DNA from: an uncultured virus (IMG/VR IMGVR_UViG_3300006917_000001)
Lineage: Duplodnaviria > Heunggongvirae > Uroviricota > Caudoviricetes
DNA: 64,000 nt
IMG/VR virus record: IMGVR_UViG_3300006917_000001
Direction: 5' to 3' (one strand)
Made by a program: the position numbers and the translations under genes. Under the pieces are notes generated by a model, which made no database searches, had not been told where the DNA came from, and saw only the letters and a program-made list of their open reading frames with translations. This document shows positions 16,825 through 25,704 of the stretch, piece by piece (positions within the stretch are counted from its first letter, which is position 1; each line of letters opens with the position of its first letter).

Positions 16825-17267
16825 TTAAGACTTAAGGAGTTTTTCTAAACCTTTTTCGACCTGCTTATCCACCGCTTTCTTAACTGCGGAGATAATGGCG
16901 TGATCCATTGTGGCCTTGGCAGAATCACTCTCCAAGTATTTTTCACGGCCTCGTGCACCATCGTCTCCGTTGCCGATTTGAGGGACGCCATAACATCAGG
17001 ACGTAAGGCAAACTTGGAGCCCCAACTGGCGTTGTTCCACTGTCCAAGCTGTTGCTCAATTGCTTGGGTGGCAATGATCTTGGCTTCGCAAATCGCTCGG
17101 TCCACCTCTTTCTGCATCTGTGCTTTAATTTCAGGAGTAAGCAAAACCTCCGAATATTTCTCCCGTATCGCACCTACTGCCGCATGGGACAGCTCCATCA
17201 TGACGTTGGGGTCCGCTACCAGAAGACGCTCCAAAACAGGAACAGTTAAGCGAATTGTAATGGTCAT
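16825..17267 (-). pseudogene. frameshifted paralog B of 15540-15992
   Basis: One A is missing in the A5 run (plus-strand T 16939-16943); the shifted frame continues YLESDSAKATMDHAIISAVKKAVDK to TAA 16825. Confidence 0.75.
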
Positions 17268-17279
17268 TCAAATTGTCCT

Positions 17280-17648
17280 TTACCCTTGTGAAAATGGAAC
17301 TACGTTTTGCCCCCGTCTTCCCTTGTACCACGCCATCCTCACTTCGTTTAGTTCTTGCTGGTCGCCGGCAAGATAAACCCCCGCAAGGGATTCTTGGCAC
17401 TGAGAACACTGGATACGGTAGGACAGGGCTTCCCCAAAATACTTGGCCGGACAGTCGCACTTGGGGCACCACTCCACTCCATAATCGTTCCCATAGTTGT
17501 GGCGGACCTCGGAAACCCGCCAAGCATCCTCAAACCCTTCCCGGTAGCCTTCCAAAAATCGGGTTCTTCCCAACCAGTAAAGAAGCCCCACGAGTGGGAC
17601 CGCGTACATCAAAAAATCAATTAGGGAGTTTAGAAAACCCATGATCAC
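17280..17648 (-). CDS. TM plus zinc-ribbon protein
   Basis: N-terminal TM, CPKC/CSQC. Confidence 0.5.
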   Translation of the reverse strand: MIMGFLNSLIDFLMYAVPLVGLLYWLGRTRFLEGYREGFEDAWRVSEVRHNYGNDYGVEWCPKCDCPAKYFGEALSYRIQCSQCQESLAGVYLAGDQQELNEVRMAWYKGRRGQNVVPFSQG

Positions 17649-17667
17649 GGTACCTCCTAATCAACAT

Positions 17668-18027
17668 TTAGAAACGCCATACCTGCTTTCCAAGCTCTGG
17701 AGTTTTCGGGGGTTGTTTTCTGGACTGTCTAATTTTTCTAAGATCCCTGGCTCGCAATCGTTTGTATTCGGGGTCCCCATAGACCTCTTGAAAGGCTACC
17801 CGTGGGGTCTTCCCTGCCAGCACCCCGTAACAAAAACGGAGCAAATACTCAGCATCCGTAGGGGTCGTCTTGTATTGGAGTGACGTGTTGCCCCCTCTTT
17901 TGTTTTTGTCTGGGTTGGTGCAATCCGCCGTAAACAAGAACTGCCCGGCAGCCAGAGCACTCTCCCGCATATCTTTTCGGTACGAGACCACCCGGCGAAT
18001 ACCACTCAAGAACCCTCGCATTCTCAT
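17668..18027 (-). CDS. hypothetical basic protein
   Basis: GGAGGAG SD. Confidence 0.55.
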   Translation of the reverse strand: MRMRGFLSGIRRVVSYRKDMRESALAAGQFLFTADCTNPDKNKRGGNTSLQYKTTPTDAEYLLRFCYGVLAGKTPRVAFQEVYGDPEYKRLRARDLRKIRQSRKQPPKTPELGKQVWRF

Positions 18028-18046
18028 TTAATGAACTCCTCCCAAA

Positions 18047-18307
18047 CTAGTTATTATCTGAACGAGACAACCACGCCAGAGTCCCTATACACCAAAGAAC
18101 ATGAAAAATAATTAGAACAGCACGAACTCCTTTTACACCAGATGCTAATTCTAACTGTCCTTCAGAATTAGTTGTGTGCAACCAGAAAGGACCATAGACA
18201 ACCAGCCAATCTCCAGCCAATAAGGTCCCACTGATTCCTAACACACAAAGAAGAATTACACCGAAAAGCAGCAAATACTCAAAAATGTCGTAAAGAACTC
18301 TTCTCAT
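18047..18307 (-). CDS. two-TM membrane protein
   Basis: Two hydrophobic segments, ATGA coupling. Confidence 0.55.
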   Translation of the reverse strand: MRRVLYDIFEYLLLFGVILLCVLGISGTLLAGDWLVVYGPFWLHTTNSEGQLELASGVKGVRAVLIIFHVLWCIGTLAWLSRSDNN

Positions 18308-18855
18308 TTTTTCTTTCCTTTTCGTAGTGCCTTCTTGACAGTCTTTTTCTTTCTGGCCTTAAGTTTTCGTCGTTCCAATTCCACCACTTTTTCTAGCAGT
18401 CTAATCATGGCATAGGGTTTCTCCAAATCATACGTGGGATGTCCATCCGGCTGGCACGAAAAACAAGGTCTTCCACCATTTACTTGCAACACGGGACAAT
18501 GACCACAAGAATAACCGGGAGCAAGTGTCTTTTTCCAATACCTCTGGCAGAGGGAGCAAGTAGTGGTGTCAAAGTAAAACTCCTTTAGAAGCCAGCCATT
18601 TTCCATAATGCCCCCAGACGTATGCCGCAATTCGTATTGGCTTAAATTCTTAGGGAGGAGACCCTGCCATTTCTTAAGGGAGTGGAGAGCTGCCTCCAGA
18701 GGCCCCTGCCGAGCCGCCGTCCCCGCTGCAATGGGGTAGAACTTTTTCTTCCAATCCCGTAGTCCCAGTTTCTTTGGTGTCTTGGCCTTTTGGTTCGGTG
18801 TCTTGGGTTTGCTGGCGATACTTGGCTTGGACTTGGTCGATTTGCGTACGGACAT
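18304..18855 (-). CDS. Lys-rich, Cys-containing hypothetical protein
   Basis: CSLC...CGHCP; start MSVRK after GGAG. Confidence 0.55.
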   Translation of the reverse strand: MSVRKSTKSKPSIASKPKTPNQKAKTPKKLGLRDWKKKFYPIAAGTAARQGPLEAALHSLKKWQGLLPKNLSQYELRHTSGGIMENGWLLKEFYFDTTTCSLCQRYWKKTLAPGYSCGHCPVLQVNGGRPCFSCQPDGHPTYDLEKPYAMIRLLEKVVELERRKLKARKKKTVKKALRKGKKK

Positions 18856-19147
18856 AACAGCTCCAATCCCCTTCCACAATGCGTTGCACTTGGTTCCATA
18901 ACTCCCGTGGCACCACGAGTACCACGGAACGATCATCCCCGCCAGAACACTGCGACTCCTTTGCAAGCCCTTGGATGAGCTTGGACAGTGTTAATTTCTG
19001 GCACAACAGACTAAGGTCATACTCGTCATTCAAAAACTGCACTGTACCACAGTGCCATTTCTCCATCTTGGGGTAGGACTCAAAGTGGTCAATGCCACAA
19101 AAAGGGCACGGTCCTGGCGTCGTGTTCTTTTTCTTAGTCTTCCCCAC
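18674..19147 (-). CDS. CPFC zinc-finger protein (paralog of 54007-54300)
   Basis: CPFC..CGT..DEY..S..C..VPR. Confidence 0.55.
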   Translation of the reverse strand: MGKTKKKNTTPGPCPFCGIDHFESYPKMEKWHCGTVQFLNDEYDLSLLCQKLTLSKLIQGLAKESQCSGGDDRSVVLVVPRELWNQVQRIVEGDWSCYVRTQIDQVQAKYRQQTQDTEPKGQDTKETGTTGLEEKVLPHCSGDGGSAGASGGSSPLP

Positions 19148-19236
19148 GGCAGAACTCCAAAAACAAATCCAAAAGTTTCCAAAACGCCAGAATCACAACA
19201 GTCACCCAAAACAAATCACCCATCTAAGATCCCTCC

Positions 19237-19278
19237 AAAAAAAAACGCCACCCCTATTATCGTAGGGAGTGGCGTTTT
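19237..19278 (-). terminator. intrinsic terminator-like hairpin
   Basis: AAAACGCCAC...GTGGCGTTTT with a T9 tail on the minus strand. Confidence 0.6.
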
Positions 19279-19302
19279 ACCTCATTCGCAGCCGGCTCGG
19301 GA

Positions 19303-19524
19303 CTAAGCGTAGTACCGTCGCACTTTCCTCCAAGCCTTTACCGTCTTTTTCATGCCGGCAAAAATCAAAGCCCGGCACAAAATCTCGTCGGCTTGCTGAT
19401 GGTTGTTTTCAAAGTCGTCCGTATGGCAATTTTCCGAGATCCGCTGAGCGTAAAGGTCGTCCATATCCACAAGGTCGGCCTTCTGTTTCTTTGGTTTCGT
19501 TGTCTTCTGTTTCTTTGTCGTCAT
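19303..19524 (-). CDS. hypothetical protein
   Basis: MTTKKQ start; DFENNHQQADEILC...YYA small phage protein pattern. Confidence 0.55.
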   Translation of the reverse strand: MTTKKQKTTKPKKQKADLVDMDDLYAQRISENCHTDDFENNHQQADEILCRALIFAGMKKTVKAWRKVRRYYA

Positions 19525-19784
19525 GTAATCCACCCACCGTAAGAACGCAAGTAATGGAACTCCACCCCCAGAAAACACCACCGCCATTCCCAATGCCCTT
19601 GGAAAGTGGAGAACCACTTGGGTACAAGAGCAAGCGAAAGTTTCGCCGTATAACCCCCATGAGCTCCAGGACCAGGAAGAACACACCAGACCAGCCGCAA
19701 CAACCGAATTTTCCCAGGGGCTCTTGTTCCCACCCACTTAAGAAAATACTGGTACGGTACACGATCATCGCCCAACAAAATCAT
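19521..19784 (-). CDS. hypothetical protein
   Basis: ATGA coupling on both sides. Confidence 0.45.
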   Translation of the reverse strand: MILLGDDRVPYQYFLKWVGTRAPGKIRLLRLVWCVLPGPGAHGGYTAKLSLALVPKWFSTFQGHWEWRWCFLGVEFHYLRSYGGWIT

Positions 19785-20014
19785 GATTCCAACGCCTCCT
19801 TTACTTTCTCCCACTTGGAACCAAACCGAACTTTCATTACCAAATCAAACGCCTCCGGCATGGTCATTTTCCGTTCGCTTCTCTTACACGCCACACATTC
19901 CCAGTACCCAAAGCCATCGCGGTAAGCAGCGACTTCCAACTCCCCGCCACAACTACAGCCATTGGCGATGCGCAGCCGCATATACATGAGGCGTTTCTTT
20001 GGTTTTACTTTCAT
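19781..20014 (-). CDS. zinc-ribbon protein
   Basis: CSCGG...CVAC. Confidence 0.5.
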   Translation of the reverse strand: MKVKPKKRLMYMRLRIANGCSCGGELEVAAYRDGFGYWECVACKRSERKMTMPEAFDLVMKVRFGSKWEKVKEALES

Positions 20015-20391
20015 TTTTCTAATGCCTCCCTTTCCTTGTCCAAGTCACGGACAAGGGCAGCATTCTCCGTAAATTTCTGGGGGTATCTGGCTTGCAACTT
20101 GGCGATATTCGAAGCCATAACTGTTTCCAAGGTCACCCCCAAAGCGTCACAAGCGAGAGCGACGTACCACATCAGGTCCCCTAGTTCTTCCACGCAATTC
20201 GTTCTATCCAAGGGTCGTCCGTAAAAAACAAATCGTTTCAGTGCATCCGTGAACTCCCCCACCTCTGTATCCATACCTTTGGAGGCATGGTCTAACCGGA
20301 GGACACTTATCGCCCGCCGAATCACTTCGTCATCTACGGGGGCTTCCGTTCGGCAAGCCAATTCCACATAGTTTTTGGACGTAACACTCAT
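20011..20391 (-). CDS. MazG-like nucleotide pyrophosphohydrolase
   Basis: EVGEFTD..K, EELGDLMWY, NIAKLQARYP. Confidence 0.9.
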   Translation of the reverse strand: MSVTSKNYVELACRTEAPVDDEVIRRAISVLRLDHASKGMDTEVGEFTDALKRFVFYGRPLDRTNCVEELGDLMWYVALACDALGVTLETVMASNIAKLQARYPQKFTENAALVRDLDKEREALEK

Positions 20392-21248
20392 AGGCTGCAT
20401 TCCTTTTCAAAAGCATCGTTTTCTTCTGTCGCCGTAAAACACATTAACCACGTTGCCAGCAAAATGAAATAGCCAGCAAGGTCCAAATAGGTATCCCCTA
20501 AACTTTCGGATTGGACCAGGCTCTTGTTTTTATTTTCTCGCAATTTCTTAACTCGTTGGAGCTTGTCCCCAACGCGAACAAGCATCGCCTCCTCAGGGTT
20601 CACATTTGGCACGAGCATGGACGGCTGGAAAACACTGGCTCCATAATCCGAGTTTTTGCGAATAAGGGTCGCCACCACGTGAACACCCATCTCGGCAAGG
20701 GGTAGCTGTTGGAGGTTTTCTTTGCCCAAGAGGGTTCGGCACAAAAGCTCCAAATCCCTTTCGGCTGTTGTCTTGGGTCGGCCGGCCTCTGCTTGCCCTG
20801 GCGGTCCCCAAGACGGCCAAATGTACTCCAACGTAGGTGGGACGAAAGATCGCTTGATTCCATTTGCTGCCAGAAAACAATTCACGCAATCCTCGGCCCT
20901 GCGAGTCCGTGCTCCTTGCAAATTATTCATTTGCACCAACTGTTCCAAAAGGGGTCCCCGCACAACCCATTGGAAAAAGGAGTGAAGAAGCGAACTGACC
21001 TCCAAATGGGTCATGGTCGGCTCTTTTTCTGGCGTAGCGTCTTTACAGTTCTGTTTCTCTCCTAGTGGGAGTGGGGGTTCTACGGCTGCCACGGGCACCT
21101 CCTGGTAAGTCATTTCTTTTTCTGGTCCTTCCCTCTTAATCTTCCCTTGTCCCACATCACTTTGGAACAATGGTTCCGCGAGGGGTCCATCCGCTATCAC
21201 GTAGCCTCCATGCACCTGCTTTAATTTCACCACGTTATCACTCGTCAT
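20388..21248 (-). CDS. protein with C-terminal DUF1599 / nucleotide-modification-associated domain
   Basis: RKNSDYG, RVGDKLQR, ESLGDTYLDLAGY. Confidence 0.75.
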   Translation of the reverse strand: MTSDNVVKLKQVHGGYVIADGPLAEPLFQSDVGQGKIKREGPEKEMTYQEVPVAAVEPPLPLGEKQNCKDATPEKEPTMTHLEVSSLLHSFFQWVVRGPLLEQLVQMNNLQGARTRRAEDCVNCFLAANGIKRSFVPPTLEYIWPSWGPPGQAEAGRPKTTAERDLELLCRTLLGKENLQQLPLAEMGVHVVATLIRKNSDYGASVFQPSMLVPNVNPEEAMLVRVGDKLQRVKKLRENKNKSLVQSESLGDTYLDLAGYFILLATWLMCFTATEENDAFEKECSL

Positions 21249-21978
21249 CGCTTTGTTCTTCCTGTTTTGCTTGTTCTTTCAACTGAGACCCAAGACCCAA
21301 CTTGGGTTTCTCCACCGTCCGTCGCAAATCCTCTAACGCCAGTTTTGCCCGCATAATAGCTTGGGGGTCCCCTAACTTGGAAGTGTCCTCCGCCAACAAA
21401 TGGCCATGGAGCACTTTGCCGTCCACCGAAACATTGGCCTTCACCTGATGCTTCCGTGGACGATGGTTCCCCTCTAGTCGGTTAATCTCCTTAAGACAAT
21501 TTTGAATTACGTTAAGAAACGCTGGGTCCCCCGCTTGTCCTTTCACCTTGTCCGTAGTGACTTCTTTCTTAACCACCCCCTCTCCATCACAAATCTGGCA
21601 CACCTTACTTCCCCTCCCTGGAATCTTACTCTCTTTCCGTCCCAATCCATTGCAAGTCTCACAAGGCACCTCTTGCATCTGGGTCACCGTCTCCCTGGCA
21701 TCCTGCCTGCTCCGTTGGTAACCCTCTGTTGCCACTTGGATCACATACTCCAACTGTCGTACACGGTACACCCTCCTCTCTAACGTCGTATTGGGTCCAC
21801 TTCGAGTCCACGAATCAAAAATAAACTTCAAATCCAAGCTAATCGTTTTCTGGGTGACTCCAAACTTAGCCGCTAGTTGGAGTTGATTCGTAATTCCCCT
21901 CAGAAGACACTCCTCCAACACCAACAACCGTTTCCGACGTTCAATGGAAACATCCTTATTCTGACGATGTAGTCCCAT
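21238..21978 (-). CDS. putative terminase small subunit / HTH protein with DnaJ-type zinc finger
   Basis: N-terminal HTH (QLAAKFGVTQKTISLDL), CETCNGLG/CQICDGEG, GDPAFL. Confidence 0.5.
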   Translation of the reverse strand: MGLHRQNKDVSIERRKRLLVLEECLLRGITNQLQLAAKFGVTQKTISLDLKFIFDSWTRSGPNTTLERRVYRVRQLEYVIQVATEGYQRSRQDARETVTQMQEVPCETCNGLGRKESKIPGRGSKVCQICDGEGVVKKEVTTDKVKGQAGDPAFLNVIQNCLKEINRLEGNHRPRKHQVKANVSVDGKVLHGHLLAEDTSKLGDPQAIMRAKLALEDLRRTVEKPKLGLGSQLKEQAKQEEQSDDE

Positions 21979-22035
21979 TTCCGGCTATACCTTTCTTTTT
22001 CATACTAAAGACAAACTCATGAGTTATTATTTTAC

Positions 22036-22380
22036 TCATGAGTTTACCCGTAGTCCTACTGCGTCCAACAACTGGGAACGAACCACGGGAGAATGATCCG
22101 GATTGTCCCACGTGGCATCCACAATCAACAACTGAAGCCGGGGATGGAGCTTCATAGATGCCGTAAAATTGGGGTGCCACCGTTTTTTGCCTGTTGCAAA
22201 GAATTCAAACCAGACAACACGCAAGGGGGACCAACTGCTTATGGGAGTCACATGCAAGATAGCCCGTTGGTTTCGAATCTGGGTGGGAACCAGATCAAAT
22301 TCGTAAGTATGTTCCCCATGAAAAACGGCTTGTTTCAGGAGATCACAAAAATCATCCACATTGGTAATCCCAGGGGACAT
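22036..22380 (-). CDS. hypothetical protein
   Basis: TAATG coupling. Confidence 0.5.
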   Translation of the reverse strand: MSPGITNVDDFCDLLKQAVFHGEHTYEFDLVPTQIRNQRAILHVTPISSWSPLRVVWFEFFATGKKRWHPNFTASMKLHPRLQLLIVDATWDNPDHSPVVRSQLLDAVGLRVNS

Positions 22381-22802
22381 TATTTTTCCTCCCGCAATGG
22401 AAACCCACAATCGCGCATCGTCGTACAAATCTGATTCAGAATCACAGGACCGAAATTACGAATGCCCGTCAATTCCCGGAGACTACAACGGGACAAAGAA
22501 CCTACGGAGCGGACGCCCCACTTTTCCAATTCATTCAAAATCCGTTGGGAGGTAAATATTTCAGAAAGTGGGGAACCAAATTCTATCGTAGGTGGTTTCT
22601 CCCTCACTTCCAAAAAAATCTTATCAATAGCTCCCTTAGCCGCATTGATATCCCCTTTCCACAAATTGATCTCCACCATCCGCAAACACTTCACCACCGC
22701 CCATTCCGGCATGGGATCGTCCACGGCAATTGGAGGTTTCTTTTCTTTTTCGATACGCACAGCCACATGAATCTCCCTACTCAATCTTGAGGACAGTACC
22801 AC
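22380..22802 (-). CDS. RNA polymerase alpha-subunit C-terminal-domain-like protein
   Basis: SQRILNELEKWGVRSVGSL...ELTGIRNFGPVILNQI resembles alpha-CTD; start uncertain. Confidence 0.7.
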   Translation of the reverse strand: MVLSSRLSREIHVAVRIEKEKKPPIAVDDPMPEWAVVKCLRMVEINLWKGDINAAKGAIDKIFLEVREKPPTIEFGSPLSEIFTSQRILNELEKWGVRSVGSLSRCSLRELTGIRNFGPVILNQICTTMRDCGFPLREEK

Positions 22803-23370
22803 AACGAAGTTGATCGCTATGGGTCACCATAATGATTTGAACTTGTAACCGCTGGGAAATGGTTTCCAACATCTCCCGCACCCGCCCACGATATTCTTCG
22901 GAAACATGCTTAAACGGCTCGTCCACTACCAAAAGACGTCTAGGGGCGGGACGGCTCAGGACAAGGCAAGCCAGACGTAAAGCAAACGCTACCACGTCCA
23001 CCACACCACCACCCGCCGCGTCTAAAAGCCCCACTTCCACCCCATCGCGTATTAAAGAAAAATCGGCTTCTGTTTTTCCCCGTTTTCGCTCTAAACGGAT
23101 TTGGAACTGGTATGGGTTATCAAACACCGCTTCCAAGCAATGAGAAACAATACTGGCGACTTGTAAACAGGCATTTTCCTGAACCTTTTGCGCCACCCGT
23201 TGGAGAATGCCCTGAGCCGTTTGAGCCTCTTCCCAGGCTACCTGAGCCTCCTGGAGACGTTCCACCTCCTCACGAACCTGTTGACGAGCGTGATCCCATC
23301 TCGCGGTCTGCTTCTGGAGTTGTTTTTTCCATTTCTTGAGTTTCCCCGTCGAGTTTGGTACTCCAAGCAT
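22777..23370 (-). CDS. SbcC/Rad50 C-terminal half (signature plus Walker B)
   Basis: AAGGG signature-like motif, LLVVDEPF, IIMVTH. Confidence 0.8.
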   Translation of the reverse strand: MLGVPNSTGKLKKWKKQLQKQTARWDHARQQVREEVERLQEAQVAWEEAQTAQGILQRVAQKVQENACLQVASIVSHCLEAVFDNPYQFQIRLERKRGKTEADFSLIRDGVEVGLLDAAGGGVVDVVAFALRLACLVLSRPAPRRLLVVDEPFKHVSEEYRGRVREMLETISQRLQVQIIMVTHSDQLRCGTVLKIE

Positions 23371-23599
23371 TCTCAAACTCCTCCAATTTGGCTTGGTACT
23401 GTTGTTCCAGCGTCCGCAGTTTTTTCTGCATTTTTGCCAACTGGGTTTCGGCCTCTTCCAAAGTATCGCAACCAAACTCAGCTTGGAGTTGGGAGAGGGC
23501 TTGCATGAGCGCCCCACTGGCTTTGTCCATTTCCCTTTGGAGGCGAACGAGCTTTGCCTGGAGCTCCTGATACCGCTGAAGCGTTAGATTGGAGTTCAT
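23270..23599 (-). CDS. small coiled-coil protein
   Basis: Heptad-rich, ATGA-coupled to the SbcD-like gene. Confidence 0.6.
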   Translation of the reverse strand: MNSNLTLQRYQELQAKLVRLQREMDKASGALMQALSQLQAEFGCDTLEEAETQLAKMQKKLRTLEQQYQAKLEEFENAWSTKLDGETQEMEKTTPEADREMGSRSSTGS

Positions 23600-24612
23600 T
23601 TTGTGGTATGGTTTTCTAAAGAGCGTAAAATAAGGGTGCGAACCGTTTGGGACACCCGGGACAGTTCTATCTCCAAAATGTCCTCATATCGCAAACCAGT
23701 GTAATCTTGCTGGGAGGATACCCGTTCCAAGTGGTCAGTAAACTGCTCCAAAAAGGTAGACACATCCACCGTTTGGCAAGCCTTTTCCGCCATTTCTGGG
23801 GCCGGCACTTGGAGCTTCTTGCGTTTTACCGTACCGTCCGAATACAAAATGCCCACGGAGGGGCGAAGCTTGGCCTCGTCCGAACGGCGAACGAAGAGCG
23901 GGCCGCAATTGTAGAACAGGGTATTTCCAACACGACACTCAAACGGGATGTGGTTATCCCCGCAAATCACCACATCAAAAGCCCGAAACACTTTCGCGAG
24001 CTCTTGTACGTTTCCCAAAGGGTCCCCATCGAGATGGCAATTTTTGGCGTCCGACCAGACATAATGGTGAACTAAAGCCACCCGTAGAGCAGTATGCCCG
24101 CCGAAATAAACCTTTTGGACCTCCCTTGTCTTGGTACGTCGTATCAGGTCCTCTTTGGAAAAGCCCCAAGGAAAACCCGCCAACGAAAAAGGGGCAACCT
24201 CCATGGACTGGCACAAAGAAGAAGCCAGAACCGCACACTCCCGATAAGAGGTCAAATCAAAAAACGTATCGCACCACTTCATAAGCCCGTAAATGGACTT
24301 GTGACACTGGCTTAAATTGTGATAGGGTAGATCATGCTGTCCTGGAATACAGAAAAACCCGTGACGAAACTTCCGCAACTGGAGTAAAGCAAAATGAGCT
24401 AACTCCACCGAGCTATTCCAACGGTCAAATAAATCGCCGGCACACAAGACAGGAACCTCGTATTGCGTCGATAACTCGAGCACAGCCCCCAACCCCTGCT
24501 CCATAACCCCAAACCAATCGGATTCTTTACGGCATGAGGGAGTGGTCGATTGCAAATGGACGTCCCCGCACACCACGGCTAAAGGAACTGGTTTACTTTC
24601 TTTTTCTTTCAT
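23596..24612 (-). CDS. SbcD/Mre11-like metallophosphoesterase nuclease
   Basis: GDVH, AGDLFD, PGQHD, GDNH. Confidence 0.85.
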   Translation of the reverse strand: MKEKESKPVPLAVVCGDVHLQSTTPSCRKESDWFGVMEQGLGAVLELSTQYEVPVLCAGDLFDRWNSSVELAHFALLQLRKFRHGFFCIPGQHDLPYHNLSQCHKSIYGLMKWCDTFFDLTSYRECAVLASSLCQSMEVAPFSLAGFPWGFSKEDLIRRTKTREVQKVYFGGHTALRVALVHHYVWSDAKNCHLDGDPLGNVQELAKVFRAFDVVICGDNHIPFECRVGNTLFYNCGPLFVRRSDEAKLRPSVGILYSDGTVKRKKLQVPAPEMAEKACQTVDVSTFLEQFTDHLERVSSQQDYTGLRYEDILEIELSRVSQTVRTLILRSLENHTTK

Positions 24613-25513
24613 TCCACGCACCTCCGCACAAAGGACATTGGCCTTCTTGACGTTGGCGATCCAGCTCTTGCTGGACTTCGGCACAAGACTTTCGGAACTG
24701 ATTTAGCCTTTGCTGATAAACCGTCACAAAGTTAATACTGGACGTGAGCCTAGACACCGAGCTTTGAAGAGCTTTTTTAGCCGCAGCAAGTTTTTCTATT
24801 TCTTGCTGGCGTCTCACCAAATCTGGCACATGACGAAATTTCTGTTGGTTACTCTTAATTTTTTGAATCGTGTTTCGATTAGAAGCCAACTTTTCTATTT
24901 TTGTTCGTAAAAGAGAACACTGTTGTTCCAACTGATCCAAGTCTTGCATATCCCGAGCACAGTCTTGAACCCACCGTAAAGACTGCCGTTCTTGCTTGGC
25001 CTCCGTTAATCTTTCTTGAGTAAGCTCCACCACCAAAGATTGCCGTCGCACCTCACTGGCAATGTTCTTAAGGGAGGTGTCAATAATTTCCAAATCTACA
25101 ATCTTGTTGAGTTCTTTACTCACTTGGCCGGCAGACAACGTAAGCCAAAAAGGGGAATCATGTTGGTCTTGAAAATTGTACTCCGAAACATTTAGAAAAG
25201 AGGCAATAGGAGCCGGCACCCCCGCCCCAAAAGAAACAAAAGCCTCCTCCCCATGATAATAAGCATTGGAGGCGGGTTGTCGGAGCCGGGTAATTTTCTG
25301 GCCATCCACTACCAACTCAACAGACACACCACGGGCACCCGAACGCAAGAAAGAAAAACCACCCGGTTGATTTAATGCTACCCACCGTAAAGCCCGAATA
25401 ATGGCTGATTTGCCACAATCCGTTGGCCCTACCAGAGTGGTTACCGTGGAGGAAAACTCAAGAACAAGTTTTTTATGTTTTTGAAAATTCCGAACCGTCA
25501 ACTGTTCTAACAT
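24593..25513 (-). CDS. SbcC/Rad50 N-terminal half ending at the zinc hook
   Basis: RNFQKH, GPTDCGKS Walker A, Q-loop, coiled coil, terminal CPLC. Confidence 0.85.
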   Translation of the reverse strand: MLEQLTVRNFQKHKKLVLEFSSTVTTLVGPTDCGKSAIIRALRWVALNQPGGFSFLRSGARGVSVELVVDGQKITRLRQPASNAYYHGEEAFVSFGAGVPAPIASFLNVSEYNFQDQHDSPFWLTLSAGQVSKELNKIVDLEIIDTSLKNIASEVRRQSLVVELTQERLTEAKQERQSLRWVQDCARDMQDLDQLEQQCSLLRTKIEKLASNRNTIQKIKSNQQKFRHVPDLVRRQQEIEKLAAAKKALQSSVSRLTSSINFVTVYQQRLNQFRKSCAEVQQELDRQRQEGQCPLCGGAWNERKRK

Positions 25514-25695
25514 TAGCGGAACCTTTCTTTAAGTTCTTCCTCCGCCAATTGGAGCAGTTCTTCTTGTTCCTTAAGCCACTTTTGGAAACGGTTAAAACAG
25601 AAACGCCGACCAGCCACGGAAACAGTCTCCAAACCAATCGCATTTTTCAAAAGCTTTGTCGCCAACTGAAATTGCTCTTCAAGAGTCAGACCCAT
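25513..25695 (-). CDS. hypothetical protein
   Basis: TAATG coupling. Confidence 0.45.
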   Translation of the reverse strand: MGLTLEEQFQLATKLLKNAIGLETVSVAGRRFCFNRFQKWLKEQEELLQLAEEELKERFR

Positions 25696-25704
25696 AAAAC
25701 ACCC

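Noticed and set aside
23270..23370. Programmed -1 frameshift joining the coiled-coil ORF to the SbcC C-half at GGGGAAAC
   Set aside because: Joining would need a +1 shift, and the heptamer is not in the required frame
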